From: Styela clava
Taxonomy: Eukaryota
Assembly (NCBI RefSeq): GCF_964204865.1
Contig: NC_135260.1
Location: forward strand, 7,378,001-7,442,000
Direction: 5' to 3'
DNA length: 64,000 nt
The notes under the pieces are model-generated. The model saw only the letters and a list, made by a program, of their open reading frames with translations. It ran no database searches and had not been told where the DNA came from. Below are positions 29,730-44,500 of this stretch, one piece after another (position 1 is the stretch's first letter; each line of letters opens with the position of its first letter). The position numbers were made by a program, and so were the translations under genes.

Positions 29730-32700
29730 TTATGTCGAATGCTGTTTCATAGGTGATTCCACATCTTCCTTGTTTTCTGTATTTTTTTCTGTTGATGCGA
29801 CATCTGTAGGTTGATGAGATTTTCTTTTTCTCCATTTTTCGAAAGTTTCGCTTGAATTATTCCAAGAATTAATGAAGGATAATGAAATGCTTTTTGCTGT
29901 TGCTGCTCGCACTTCCTTCCCCACAATGCAGTAAACCACGAACACAAAGAAACCTTGCAAACCGTTGAGAACGACATTCACGTACATAAAAACAAGCTGC
30001 GTTGTTTGGTCGTTTGCATCTATATTACAAGAAAACGAATACGTATTAATTTAGCTATTAATAGCTATTGAAGATAAATTTGGTAAAAGATTGTGTTCGG
30101 ATTAAGAAGCAGTCCATTACATATTATGATATCAACAAAGATTAACAACACAAGTCGCCTAGCTTTATCGCTGATCAAACTGTGCTTTTTATTGCCACCA
30201 ATGTACAATCATAATTATTATAGGGGAGTGTATAGGTGCATTTATAAACAAAAAACTATTTTCTAACTGTCTTTTTTTATTGGTATCAATGCTCATAATT
30301 TGCCACTAATAGTAGAAATTAAAGAAATTAACGCGAAGAGAGAAGTACGACTGCCAATATCGGAATCCAGTCGCCTTATGATAGTTTAATGTTCACTCAA
30401 ACAAGCGCGCGTATCGTACTAACTAATGCGTATTATTACAAAAGAAAAAAATCGTTTTAATGTTTATATGATTACATTTTCCACTCAATGCGAAATTAGT
30501 ATTACAAAAATTTAGAACATCGCGAACTCGAAAAGTTTGAGAATTTCTGTGTTATTAATTTATCGATAACAATGAGGAACAAATACGTATCAAATGTCTT
30601 GTACGCATAACTTACTTGCAGCAAACAAAAACATCCACGGAATTCCCAACGAAGGTATGAGTAACGCAGCTGCTTTCAGAGACGCACCAAGATATTTCAG
30701 GTAATCAATATCAAGTATGTGTTTATTTTTTCCTTGTTCCATTGGCTTGAAATTCCTTGCTTCCAGCGTCTTGCGATAAACAAATACCGCTACTCTTATT
30801 ACTATAATGAAGTTTATTAGTAACAGAATAGCCACTGGTACTATCGCTGACCAACGAATACCAGACATCGCACTTAACCAGCAATAATCGTACATGGGGA
30901 TGGTATTCGATTCCGAACCCACACTTTTTGAATACAGATCGTTGAGTTGCATATATATGCCACTTGAAAAACCAATTGCTGCGACAATGGCACAAACTAT
31001 TCCAGGCATCCCCCAGCTAATTATCATCGACGTTATTACGATTTTTCGTCTTTTTGCACGTACGAACGCTAATCCAGAGGTCTTGATGAATAGGAGAGTT
31101 GCTTCATTTGTCATCCAAAATGCTAAAAAGAGAGTTGCAATTTAGCGCATTAATGGAAAGTGATTAAAAAATCTGTAGAGTGTGAAAACAATTACACCAA
31201 TGAATACACTTGAACACGTTAATTAACAAGTTTTCACCGGTTACCTGGTACGGACCGGTCGAGAGGCGTGGTGATTAAGCCGTCTTATCGGTTTTCTTTT
31301 TCCCAAACACTATTCTATGAACATTGTGCTTGATTGGTAATGCACATCTTGTGTAGCTGCCTCTAAATTGAAGCCAGCTGTCAAATGGCCGCCTAATATA
31401 CCCTCTACGGGTGAGGCCATTCAAATGATGATTGGGACCATAAATTATACCAATCACTTACTCAACCTATAAGTAGTTGTTCACAAAAATAGCAAACGAA
31501 ACTTGAATTCAAAATTTGTAGCTATTTTATGAGGAAAATACTGACTATGAGTTCTCACTATTCGTTTGAACATTACTGCATGATGAATTAGTATGAAAGG
31601 ATAAATAAATGCGTTAAATAAAAAAACCATTATTTCAAAATTATTTTGTCCACTCGGCTAAAAAATTTGTACAGCTCACTTGTTATATTTCTATTAATAG
31701 AATACATCAAGTACTTCAATTTTAAGCAACGATATGTCTGTCACATTTTGAAGGAATACTCTATACCAGCTCTTTCTCCAGGGAAAAACTTTGTTGTTTT
31801 CGGGAGAAAATACTTGAATATTTTCTATACGAGATAGTTTTAATATGATTCTTTAGCTAGTATGGTATAATTGTACATATTTAACGGCACATTATAAACT
31901 ATCGAAACTATCAAAAGCCAGAGTACGAGTTACTTGTTCCATGAGTTGCGGATTTTTAAAGATAGGAAAATAACGGAAAGTGGAGTGTGGAAAAGAAAAA
32001 ATAAGATTCAAAATAGGAAAAGGGAGCAATGTTTTGAAAAAAAGTTGGACAAGTAATTCTCTATACCCTTTTAAAGCGTGTTAGATCTTTATCATTTGAG
32101 ATATTTCTTAGACGTAATGTTACTTTGACCCAAGAGAGCTACCTAGGATATGAAAGAATATTTAAACTACGATTAGTAAGTAAAATATTAACGTGGAGCG
32201 TATATCAAAAATTTACCTGTCGACAACAAAAAGAAATGCATAAGCACTGCAGTAGCACGACAGAAGATTGGGTAATGTAGAGCTATGTCACTCATCAATA
32301 TCCAGAAATGCAGGAGAGCCAATGAGACAACAAGATTGATTTGAATCGCAATTCTTTCTCCTCTGACCTTCTTTCTCACGCTTACAAGAATATAGAATGT
32401 AATTGCAAGAAATACTAGAGAGATTGACTGCATCGCTATTGAAGCAACCTAAAAGAAGAAAATATAGGAATCAATATGTAGGCGAACATAATTAGTTACC
32501 TCCATATTGGCACACACACTTCTGGAGCGTCGCAAAATTTTTGATGGTTATTTTGAGTGTTTTTGCGAGTTGGATCTTACATACTGGTTTACATGTTTCA
32601 TAGTCAGCAATTTGATTCAAAACATTTAATCAACTGCCATTTAAAAGCACTGATAGCTAACTTTAGCCAAGTCTATCGTAGTTTTTTCGGGACTAATTTT

Positions 32701-35700
32701 TGGTTACTAAGCTAAAGTTAAACTACTTGGAAGACAAAATGACCATTGAATTCTTCAATTCATACTTCGGAAACACAAATAAAAACTGATAAATATCAGG
32801 CAAAATCACAAAAACGAGCCAACTTTAAAAGCAATGCGTGGAAATCTGTCTGAATAAAAAAAGGACCTGGTCGGCTGCTAAATTTTCAATTGTTTGCCGA
32901 TTAACTACGTCGATGCTCGATGAAACAACCATCGATTCCACATTTATAGTTTTACCAAATTTACTATTTATATTCGAAGCGACCCTTTTCTATGACAATT
33001 TCTATTCACCAAAATAAAAAAAAGGCAAATTGTTATGTGATATCATGATTAATATCTGAATAACATCTATTTAGGTTTTAACAATTTTTTTGTTCCAGCA
33101 AATATTTCCAGTAAAGATTCCTAGTGGAAATAACCAGTCCTCGTCACTGTTTGAGTTATAGTTCAGTTAATTTCTCCTTACCAAGAGTTAAAGTACATAA
33201 TTATGACGACAATGCATTAGCATTATGAAACTCGAATATCGTCATCGCTTACTCATGTCAATCATTGTCATATTTATGGACGCGTACTATGTATTCGGAA
33301 GTAACTTAGATAGTACAACAGACTTTGCAAAATATATTTCACATATACAAATAAAAAATAAACAACATTTAGTAGCAATTTCAAGGTTATTCCGTTTGGG
33401 GAGTACTTGAGTAAATAACTTTAATGTAATTAAGTTCTCTGTAATGACGTTGCTTAATCTATCTATTTATAACGCTACACAACACGTATTATGTCTCTGA
33501 ATTTTAAGAAAAAAATTCTTTGTCATTACCATTTGTCTTTCAAATTCAAAACTGAAACCTTCAGTAAGTATGTTACGCATGTAAACCAGCCCTTACGTCA
33601 CTAAATTTTTATCGTGTCTTTATTGTTTTTCTACCATACGAATTAGAATGCGGCTGTGCATTGATTCAATAACACTATACATATAATAACACTCAACATT
33701 TGTTTCAATTTACTCAAGTTATCTAATAAAAAAGAAAGGGAACACACCTTAACTCCGTGTGGAACGACCACTGTTTCTACAGCAAGTATGACTGCAAAAG
33801 TTGTAGTATGAGTACTGACACATTTTGCTATGTCCCCTTCTTGAATGCAATCGCAACCACTCCGGTTGAAATTCGAATTGGAATCAATGAAAACGCATTG
33901 CGGTTGAAGCCCAAGGAAGCGACTTGTGCTTGCCAACAAGGATTCATCTCCATCCTCGAATGTCAACCTTCTGGCAAGTTTTGCTATTGTTTTATTTGCC
34001 TCCAATTTGTAGCGAAATGATATTCTCGATGCACTAATAGGTTTTCCTGAATTTCCAATTAAATTAATAAGAAGTATCCGATTGATTGGCTGTGATAATA
34101 CAGATATCTTCTTGTTTTGGTCATATAATAGAACTGATTCACGTATTAGATTTTCTGCCCTTTCACCATTTAGTTCAGCGCTCGCCAGTTTAAAATTACG
34201 TTGTTCTGTTGGAAATGATACCGAGGGATCTACGCTGAATTTTCCTAGGGTTAAAAGTTCACGAACGCCGATCAACGGCACACCATTGGAGTTGTGTATT
34301 TTAACGTGTTGAAATGTTCCCCGACCAGTTGAGCGATTGCAGTTTGTATTTTCGTTTGCCGCGTGACGTACAAAACATTCATCCATTTTCAATAAAGATT
34401 TGGAACCATTGCATCTTTGTTCATAATTGTTCTGACATAAATCTATAACAAATAAAAATGTTTTGTATTTGAACCTATATATATATCCTAATAAAGTAAG
34501 AAAATGCAAAAAACAGCAACCCTATTTCAAACGTCGCAGTTGGACAAACACGGCTGTTGTCATGTCAACATATACACAGTCGTTTGATTTTCAACGACTG
34601 TGCGACTGAAATAGAGATCCAGACCATGTTGCAAGTGCTGAATTTCCAGTTGAAACTACGTTACATTAAACAAACCCACTATCCACATGAAAATCCTTTA
34701 CTGAGCAAGCCATTCATATGGCGATTGGGACAATCTTATATCCCTATTCTCATGACCATTTACTATTTTCTTAATGATATGAAAATTAAATGGCGCTCCC
34801 GTAGTATGTGAACCAAGATGACGGACACCGTAACGAAGTATGCGTACCAGGTTTGGGTTAGGCAATAATTTTATTCCAATTTTCGTTATTTTAGTTCTAT
34901 TACGAGTTCGGGGACTATCCAAGTGACTTCCGTAGTATTTTTATCTGAAATTTTGGCCTAACCCTAACCGGATTCACATACTACGTTCCGGTGTCCTCAA
35001 TCTTGGTCCACATACCACAGGAGTACCGAATAAACAATACCTGTTCGAGAAATTGTGTTTCCGTAATAGTTTCATTGAGACTATTTTGAGGTAATGCGGT
35101 GAAGAGTATTGAAACAATAATGTGAAAAGATAGTGTGACAGGTGCAATGTGTACATGATGATTAACGCATCATAGTCAAAAATATTAAAACTACAATGCA
35201 AATGTATTCAAAGCACATATCATCAAGTTGATAATACTATGTCACCAGGCTCACAAGTAGGCTTACAGTGCAGGAAGTGTCGTGAAATGAAAACGTGAGC
35301 TATTTCGAAAGCTTATTTCACGCCCGTAAAGGCAAGTCTGTATGCAAACTATGCAATATCAGACTGTAAAATGGAATCAAAAACTACCGTTCACTGTTGA
35401 CAGTGACTGAAAACATATGTGATACCACATGCATCACAAATATCACAAATGTGGTTGCCTTTAAGCATGCAGCTTCACATGGTATTTCATGGTATTTTAC
35501 CATCGTCCGGAAATGATTTTTCTGTGGTAACAGCGACAGACCGAAATGGACTGGATGGAGTTGGTTCAGTATTTTCTGTATTGTGTGTAGAGCGCTGAGA
35601 CCTAAGTGCGATTAAGGTCGTTGGATTGGTCATATCAATCAAATCGCCCGGAACTGTTTTATCTGGAAATGCAGCTCAGTATAATTTATGAATATTGTCC

Positions 35701-38700
35701 ATTTTTAGTTTAATTATCAAGTATGAAATGAACCCAGAAACCACGAACTAGGCATGACTATATAAAAATGACCTTCTGATTGAATATGCGAACCAATTAC
35801 GTCATGCGATAATCAATTTTTTAAATGGATGTTTCCCCGATGATTGACCTCAGAAAAATTTTACTCTACCGTTGTAAAATCTTATATTCCGCCTAAAATG
35901 ATTAGCCAAATCGGTGTTTGGAAAAACTTCCATTCACGTCTTAGTTGTGAATTTTTTTTTCACTTTTTTATATTTTATATTGAACAAATTTGAAATGTTC
36001 ATTGTAATCCATAGAACAATGACACGTTGAATTCTCGACTAGACAAACTTTTTACGCTACTCCTGTAGTACATGTTAGGGTTAGGCCATAATTTTATTCC
36101 GATTTCCTTAAGCGGTCTGGTTGAACTGAGAATATTTTAGTTCTATTACCAGTTCGTGGACTGTCTGTGTTAGCCGAGTAATGAATATCCCCCTGTTCAT
36201 AGGTTTCAGTCCCTTTACACAACTTGATGTAAAACAGGCGAACAAAATTAGTTACCTCCATATTTGTACATATACTTCTGGATCACTTTTTTAACAACAG
36301 TTACATACTACACTATTAGAATGCATTTTTAATCACGTTTTGCTGCTATAGTCCACTTGTACTCTTGCACACGTGTTCTATAGACAAAGTTTTGAGCTTG
36401 CTGCGTTTTCCTATGACTGCAAAACTGGGAATTTTCGAATATCTGATGATTTCAGAATCGAATCGAATTTCTCTACTAATCGAACCGTATCCTTGGAAGA
36501 TATTTAATTTAATACAACGACGTAATTGTATGCGACTTTTTTTATTGTAATGGGTCGTAAAGATACATAAATTACTGAGAACATGGATTCAATCGATCAG
36601 ACAGTTCGCTGAGTTGCCACACACAATAAGAAATGTTTCATCAATAACTCAATAAAAAGAATCTTATGTCAGAACTTCATTGTAAAAGTATGGCTTCAAT
36701 ATAAAGAATTCGAGTAATTAACCCCAACCTTTGGCGGATAAAAAAAATGACAAGATGGGGGCACTTCGAAATTTTTGTCTGAACCGTTTCAAATAATTCA
36801 CTATTCGATTCGAAATTCCCAGCCCTATATGACCAGCAGGAAAGTGACAAATGCGTTGATATTGCCCGACTCGATCGATGATCATAGATGTCTAGTTTAA
36901 AGTATCATTACAAAACATTGTAGAAAATCATATTTTTATCGACCATTCCCACTTTTGAACAATAACATTAAATTTTTATATTGCATATTAATTAAGATAT
37001 TCAGTAAGCACGACTATACACCGATATTACAAGAGTGCTGAAATATCGAAACTATGAGAACTATTTTCAACGTAATCTACGCACAACAATCAACAATATA
37101 TATGTGTATTTCAGGCACCCGGTGAGTCGGGTGATACCCTTTATTATTTATAATATATGATATTAGATTTAATTAATCATCATATTATTCCATATTTAGA
37201 AAAGCGAATCCGCAAACTCGAAATTTTGCTAAATATAAAAACATTAAAATGACACTGAGTACTCACGTGGTTCGAGTTTTATATTTCTGTACAATCCTAA
37301 AAACAACGAAAATACTACATGACTTTCATGGTTTGGCAGTTATTGAAGTTAGAATAAGTATTTATTGCAGTAATTTAATTTTATCGAGTGGTTGTATTTA
37401 ACTGGTCTTTCTTGGTTTACATTACAACATATAAAAAACATTAAAATAGGAAATGACTTCGATTAGTTTACAGATTTACATGTTTAGATTGACGGACTAT
37501 TGTTTTCAGTCATATTTGGTGATAAAAATCGTCAAATTATAACTGCCGATTTTGTGGAGGCCTAAGAAACAGCTGGATTGTAATTTAAGATTACTCTGCA
37601 ATTATTATAAAAGTGAAAAGATACGATTTTTTTAGGTCAAATCTTTTTGTGCATGTACATAAATAAATACAATGCATCAAGAAGGTGAGAATCTGGAGAA
37701 TAAAGGGCAACAACGCAAAAACAAATGAGATTTCTATTATAAATAGCCTGATAAAAATGACGTTTCATTATATTTAACACAGAGTCTGTCGTATTCTAAA
37801 CAATTTATTCTATTACCTGCAAAAATGTTGTTCGTGGCACCAATATTCGGCTGAGTAGAATTTACACCTGAAATAAATAAACGAAATGCCAGGAATTAGG
37901 AGTATAGTCTAAATCAAAAACCGACGGAAAATGGTTTTGAAAAGATCTTTTATTGGATTGTGATTTCGAATACGTTAAAATTGATTCATTACAACAAAAT
38001 ATTGATAAGTACTGAATTGGGAGCTCCGGAAGTATGTGCATCAAATGGCGCACAACCTGAACATAGTATGTGTACCAGGTTCAGGTTGTGCGCCATCTTG
38101 GTGGACATACTTCAGGAGCGCCCTAAATTGTACTGACAAACTGATAATAAATTCAGTAACTGTGACCTGGCCGAAAAAAATACTGAGGAAATAAAAAATT
38201 ATACTAAACTAATAAATAAATATTTGAACTAAAAAAAAAGTAATTTATTGAAATATGCTGATTCTAAATCTGAATAAAGTATTTTTTTGATATTAAATAC
38301 TTTTCATAATAAATATTTGATACCAATATCCATTGTTCAGTCTTCGGAGAAAACCTTGATTTTTAAACGGAGTTGATTTTGCACGCAAAACTTTTACTGA
38401 ACTTTTTTTGGTACTCCCGAAGTATGTGAACCAAGATGGCGGACACCGGAACGTAGTATGTGTACCAGGTTAGGGTTAGGCCATAATTTCGGGTACAAAT
38501 ACTTACCGAACTCGTAATAGAACTAAAACAAGGAAAATCGGAATAAAATTATGGCCTAACGATGGTAAATTACATCGTTTTGCTAACACCGGTTGTGCTT
38601 CATTTATTATCAACATGATTTTACCTGGTGGCAAGCATGCACTATTTAGTCCGCTATCTTGGTTAACATACTTCGGGAGTATCAGGTATAATAGGGTTGC

Positions 38701-41546
38701 GCTGCGTCATGATCTTGGGTAAAATAATAAAGGGAACCCTGTGACTTGGTTATTCTTAGTTTATCTGCCTATTTTGTAAAAGAATTACTTAGATATTATT
38801 AGATTTATCTCACTACTATTTTCACAAATTGTTGGGAGAAGTTTGTTACAATCCTCAGCAACGAACGACCAGTTTCCCTTGCTGGTAACGTTTATCACTT
38901 CAAGTTCCATGGCAATGCAAGAGTCGATATTTCCATGCGAAATATTCAATGTAATGCCATAAAGTGTCCCATCAAGGCTCGTTATGTTTGTGTTATTTGG
39001 CTTCTGAATATCTGTTGAAATATAAAACAAAAGTATCAACTCCATGGCAAAATTTTCGAAATATTTGTATCATAAAAATAGCGTGTCCGGAAATTTCGCC
39101 AAAGGAAATCTCGCCACAGGAAATCATGCCGCAGTAAATTTCGCACCATAGAAAAAATTCGCCACATGAAAAATCGCCGAAAGAGCATTTTACTGTAAAA
39201 CAAGTATTTGTGATAGAAACAGTTTGGTTTGGAGGGTTGGGTTATGCTCCTGAACAACAAATCTTTTTTAAATAAAACAATATTTTAAAATCTAACGGTT
39301 TTTATCACAAATACTTGTTTTACAGCAAAATGCTCTTGTGGCGATTTTTCTATTAGATAACTTGAAAAATGTTGAACTTGAAACATTTGTTGAGTGTCAT
39401 TATATGTATAGTGTAATTGAATCAATGCACAGCCGCATTCTAATTCGTATAGTAGAAAAACAATGAAGCCAAGATAAAAATTGAGTGACGTAAGCGCTGG
39501 TTGTATACATGCGTAACATATTTACTGAAGGTTTCAGTTTTGAATTTGAAAGACAAATGGTAATGAAAAAAAAATTTTTCTCAAAATTCAGAGGCATAAT
39601 ACGTGTTGTGTAGCGTTATAAATAGATAGATTAAACAACATTATTACAATGCGGCGATTTTTTCTATGCAATAAAATTTCCTGCAGCGAGATTCCATACG
39701 GCGAAATTTACTAGAACCTAAAAATAGGTCCGTAGCTTAGCAATGAGTACCGATTTTTTCGCAAAGATGGCGGTTGGTCAGGCGCAATGCAGTGTGGTGA
39801 GATAATATTCGTAGAAATATAAAAATTTACTGTCTAATATATTAAATGCCAACTATAATTAGAAATACGAAATTTCCCAAGTACTGTCTAAGTGATTTTG
39901 GCTCAATTTCCCAATTTCCTAATTTTTAAAAATCATCCTATACGCGTCAGAATGATATATGAAAAAAAAAACATTGTCCAACAATTTTTTATGCTACGAA
40001 AAAAAAGTGTAAACAAATTAAACGCATTTCGGCACCATGACGTAATTGATTTGATTGAAGTCATGGCTAACAAAGTTAACTGTGACATTCGCCAAGACTT
40101 GGGCTTGTTAAAAACCCTTGACGTAATTTGGAATGCCATGGTATCGTATAAGTTTGCATTGAAATTACCGAGAGATCTATCACAGTTAAAGACGAAAAAC
40201 AATACGCAGAAAACGTGACTAGAAGACACTTATTATCCCTCGAGATTTTTTGCGTAAATATCTATTTTCCCAAACTAATTATAAACGCATATTGGGGAAA
40301 TACGCCTATGGAAGGATTAGTAATCTCCAATTGTTCCAAGCAGTTTAAAACTATTTTTTTATCAGAATTTACACTCACTTGCCCACGCAACTGTAGCACC
40401 ATGTTCAGCAGCAACTTTTGTAACTAAACATGCCTCGTAGTCGTTTGTAATCGTTGCAATTCGTTTATCAGGACATGCGGTTGAATCACCAAACCTACGG
40501 TCCCCATCTTGTCCAAAAAATTTCTTTCCTGTTTGCAATGATAAACAATGGCGTTCTTCATTTAATATTTACCTAATGATTATATTCAGTGATGGAATTC
40601 AAAATTTTTGGCAGCCGGTTCCATCACACAAATGACATATTTTTCAGCCGGTTCTGTTGCAAAAAATCATGTTTTTTCAGTAATGCCAACCGGTTCGCTG
40701 ATCTAATAAAATTCCGTGAGACGATTCTATAGAACCAGTGCGAACCGGCTGAATCCCACTACTGATTATATTGTATCATGACAGCATATACACTATGTTA
40801 TACAACACAGAAAATCAAGTTATTAAACTCCGCAATGAGAGATTTATCATCAATTACACCAAAATGGATCTTCGACTGCGATGCAATCCATCCAAGACTA
40901 TGCTTGACGCGTTCATGCTGCCACAAATTATTTAAAAAAATCTAAATACGATTTTACTTATCATAAAGAATCCATGTTATGGCGAACACATTTTTGCTCT
41001 GGCACATAATAAATTCTCAACTCTCTAGTATACTTTTGATCTCCAAAAATAACATCTTACCCATATTGTTCTGCACGTTTTCAATATCCTTGCATAAACG
41101 TTTGATATCGTCAGAATTTGTCATTCCGATTTTTATGCTTTCTGCAAATATAAAATTGTTTTTTAAACACGAGCGGAATCTTTGAAGGTAAGTGTTAAGG
41201 GTGAAATTTATTTGATAATGAAAAAATCTCTCTGAGTAACCGTGGGTGCTGGTGTTTTTAGCCATTGTTGATTATGCCTGAGCATAAATCAACTGCAATT
41301 CTGTGCAATATACGCCAAATCTCAAATGTGATTGCTTCATCTATCACGTAAGCAGGCACACCATCACAATTCTACACAGTCTCATATAGAAGAGCCTCCG
41401 CGCGCTTACCTTCATCGAAAACTGAACTTTCAATGAAAGTGTTGTAAATGCTCCTCCTACATTATAGAAATCAATTAATCCAAAAATTTACCTTCACACA
41501 TCACTGTAAGAGTCCACACCAGCAGCAAGAAACTTTGTAAATTCAT
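29730..41546 (-). CDS. Adhesion GPCR (~820 aa): signal peptide, degenerate C-type-lectin-like region, S/T-rich stalk, GAIN/GPS, secretin-type 7TM
   Basis: Canonical phase-compatible exons: 41492-41546, 41410-41421 (tentative), 41061-41141, 40379-40528, 38814-39011, 37817-37867, 37267-37296, 35501-35662, 33748-34442, 32217-32448, 30616-31122, 29730-30019. Motifs HTTTFAVIL, IQINLVVSL, HFFLLST.FWM, SWGMP, CWLS, NGLQGFFVFVVYC..KEVR. Confidence 0.9.
33440..33662. repeat. ~220-bp dispersed repeat; inverted copy at ~39420-39648
   Basis: TAATCTATCTATTTATAACGCTACACAACACGTATTATG.. matches the reverse complement at ~39.6 kb. Confidence 0.8.
34792..35027. mobile_element. Merlin-like MITE (further copies or fragments at 12131-12220, 32470-32531, 36055-36286, 38410-38683, 53043-53118)
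   Basis: GGCGCTCCCGTAGTATGTG..CACATACCACAGGAGTACC termini. Confidence 0.75.
36420..36827. mobile_element. hAT-like MITE (TAGGGCTGGG-type end)
   Basis: CTGGGAATTTTCGAAT / ATTCGAAATTCCCAGCCCTA inverted ends with TSD-like TATGACTG/TATGACCA. Confidence 0.55.
38020..38122. mobile_element. Palindromic Merlin-like MITE (similar copy 44759-44850)
   Basis: Near-perfect 103-bp fold-back with TSD CTGAATTG/CTAAATTG. Confidence 0.85.
39082..39718. mobile_element. Mutator/foldback-like element with modular TIRs
   Basis: 9-bp TSD TAAAAATAG. TIRs are built of ~15-bp AAATTTCGCC repeats; an internal inverted repeat lies at ~39175-39345. Confidence 0.7.
40587..40764. mobile_element. hAT MITE
   Basis: TIR CAGTGATGGAATTCA / TGAATCCCACTACTG with perfect TSD ATTATATT. 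Confidence 0.85.
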
Positions 41547-44500
41547 ATTGTCATTTGCACATATTTTAATCTATTTGAAAAATATTTAATTAGTTCATCG
41601 TGCTAAAGTTTAATTAATATTATCAATTGGAATTAAGAATAACATTTGTTAAAGGTTATTTTTCAACGCATATGTTATATTATCATTCCGGACAGACTGC
41701 AACAAAGGAGAAAATTATCGCTATTACATTAATAATGGTAAATTCAGATATATTATGGTATCTATCAATGACAAAAAACGTTTGTCTTCGTCGGTCAATC
41801 ATGGCAAACGCCACACATCACATCTCAACACTTTTAATTCTTTTTTTGTCCTACCTAACTAAATATATAACCATATCTTTTTTTAACCCTGCCTTATCAG
41901 TTATAGTCACTAAAATTAGCAGTAAATAAGGTGTTCGATTTGATGATGAGGTATGACGTTCTCAAAACCACACGCCTAACAAATAGCTTGTTATAACCTG
42001 CTTTCTATCTAACATTTGAAACGCTTGCCATATTTTTGGACCCAAAGTTATGTAATAGTTAAGACATGGATGATTCGTCGTATGATTAAAATATTCATCG
42101 ATTTTGCGGCTTTTACAGCTTCCGAACTTCGCACATGAGAACGCTGTTATACCATACCTAAAATTGGAACTTTTCGAGCTGTCTAATACTATTCTATCCA
42201 ATACAGAATAGTACACTGACATACAGAAGAACGCTCAATTTGTCAGTCATACTTGTGAACTTTCGCCATGCGGTAATTACCCTTTTAATGTCATTGGCGT
42301 CCGCGTGTGTGGTACACACAACTAACTACTAATCAGTGTAACTTCCCTTCCATCATGTAATTTTATTTTGGTGCTGTAATGTCTCCATGACGAATACCTC
42401 GACTGGCATGAGTCAATAAATGCCTGTACATGTTAAAACGAACCAAGCGCCCAATCAATATAAAGTGACCGAGCCAAAATATTTCATTACGTATTTGGCA
42501 TTTTAAACCGAAATCTATCTCATAATTTCGAAACGGTTCACTAACCTGAGCAGTACCAAACTAAAAATTTCGCATGGTTTTGCTAGTAACTGCTCAATCA
42601 GCGAGCAATAAACAAATGTTCTCATTCGGTACTCGCTGACGTACAACTTCCTAATTTCTACAGTTAAAACGGTGCAGTGAATTACGTCAAAACGGAAAGG
42701 GTGAAATGCTTTCAGATATAGCTAAATGTCGTGTGACTTGGAATATAATCAGCCCTCGAATCATAATTTCGGTATATATATAACTTTAATTCCTATAGTT
42801 ACGACCAAAATCACAGTGAATACATAAAGCGGATAGCAGCTCACTAGTATGACACCAAACAACAATGGCGTATTTGTTGACTTTTGCATAGTTTTCATCT
42901 ATTATCAAAAAGTCAATGTTTCGTTATGTAACTATCCATCTTCTGAATGATATGCTGCTATCTGATCCACTCGCTATATACCGTAGAACTGGTTCAGCAA
43001 AATTGAGTTCCTTGTACATACAGTTTAGCTTATTTGTTTCTATACGCATAATTTGGATATTGCTCTATTCAATGCGGTAGCAGTGGATGAATTGACTGTC
43101 ATTGACGTAAGTCGTGACGTGGAACAATACAAGTTGAAACGTTGCATTTGATTTAAATTAAATTTGTACCGAGGAACAAAAAATATGAAAAGGTACTAAT
43201 ACTAAATTTAAAAAGTTAAATGTACTGCTTCCTATTACAATGCAGGCTCAATCTAAGTAATGCGTTGATGACAAAATGAATTTCCGCGTTCCTCAAGCCA
43301 CACTATATATTAAAGCCGACAGTCATAAATTCAAGCCAACGGCGACAAAATATTCCAAGAGAATATCGTTAGAAAACAACCCTTTGAAATTGCCGGTGAA
43401 ATAGCATCGTTCCAGTTCTTAACTCCTATTCATTGAAACCTTAGAACGGCTAATTTCGATTGAATCCCCATTATTGTACATCGATGCTATAACAAGTCAA
43501 TTACCCACTTTCAAACTGACCTAATTTCGAGGACGTAAACACAGGCTAAAGTTCGTGTAAATGTTCCGTAGATATTGAGGCAAAGACTTCTGGATAAACT
43601 ACTAAATTTAAATAAACTATGAATCAGTCTTCCAAAGCTTAATCATTTGCTCACTATATTACAGTACCAGTAATCTTCCTTTTTAATAAAAAAAACTCCC
43701 GACTTCGCAAAAATGTTGTGCCATTCTCAATTTTGATTACGTCATCCTACAACATTTCAAAGTGAAAAATAAAAATAATAGCTTTCTGACGACAACAACG
43801 ATCTTCAACCACTGAAAATGTCAAAGCCATTGTTTCAGTAGTAAATGAGAAAAGCGATTCGTCAGAACAATAACAACCACAAAAAAAATACTAACAACAA
43901 CAACTCTTTAATAAAACGATTCATAGGTCCTCTTCGTGTTCGACAAGAAGATTTCATTTCTCAACACTATGGTGATCAAGAATAAGAAAGCGATCGATAT
44001 GTACTTTGGTGTCCAATTATATATATATATAAAATATCCTACTTTATTCGAGGCCTTTCACATCTTGGAAAAGCCATGAACATGGAAAATGCAAATTAAG
44101 ATGCAGGCGCGTTTTCAGCAGACTTATCAGTAAGTTCCGATTCTTCAAATTCAAAATAGAAGACCGTTGGACCCAAAGTGAACCATTGGATTGTTTTTTC
44201 GCGGTTCTCTTTAAACTACTGGGTCATTTGCAAATGTTTGGTTGCTAGGGAAGAGAACTGTAACCCGAACAAAATTTGGTTTTTCTATTGATTTTTCGTG
44301 GAGCTTCTTGGCCAGTGGCCCTAAAATTTTACTCAAGTTTGATCACCTTGTTCATATATTCCATGTGGTCCTTTATTGCAGAAATATTGAAATGAAACAA
44401 ACTTCATCCACCTTTTTATTTATATATAACTTGCTATGCATTTTACAGTATTCAACGCCTTCCAAAGTGGAATTGATAGAAAACTTTTTGAACACTTTCC

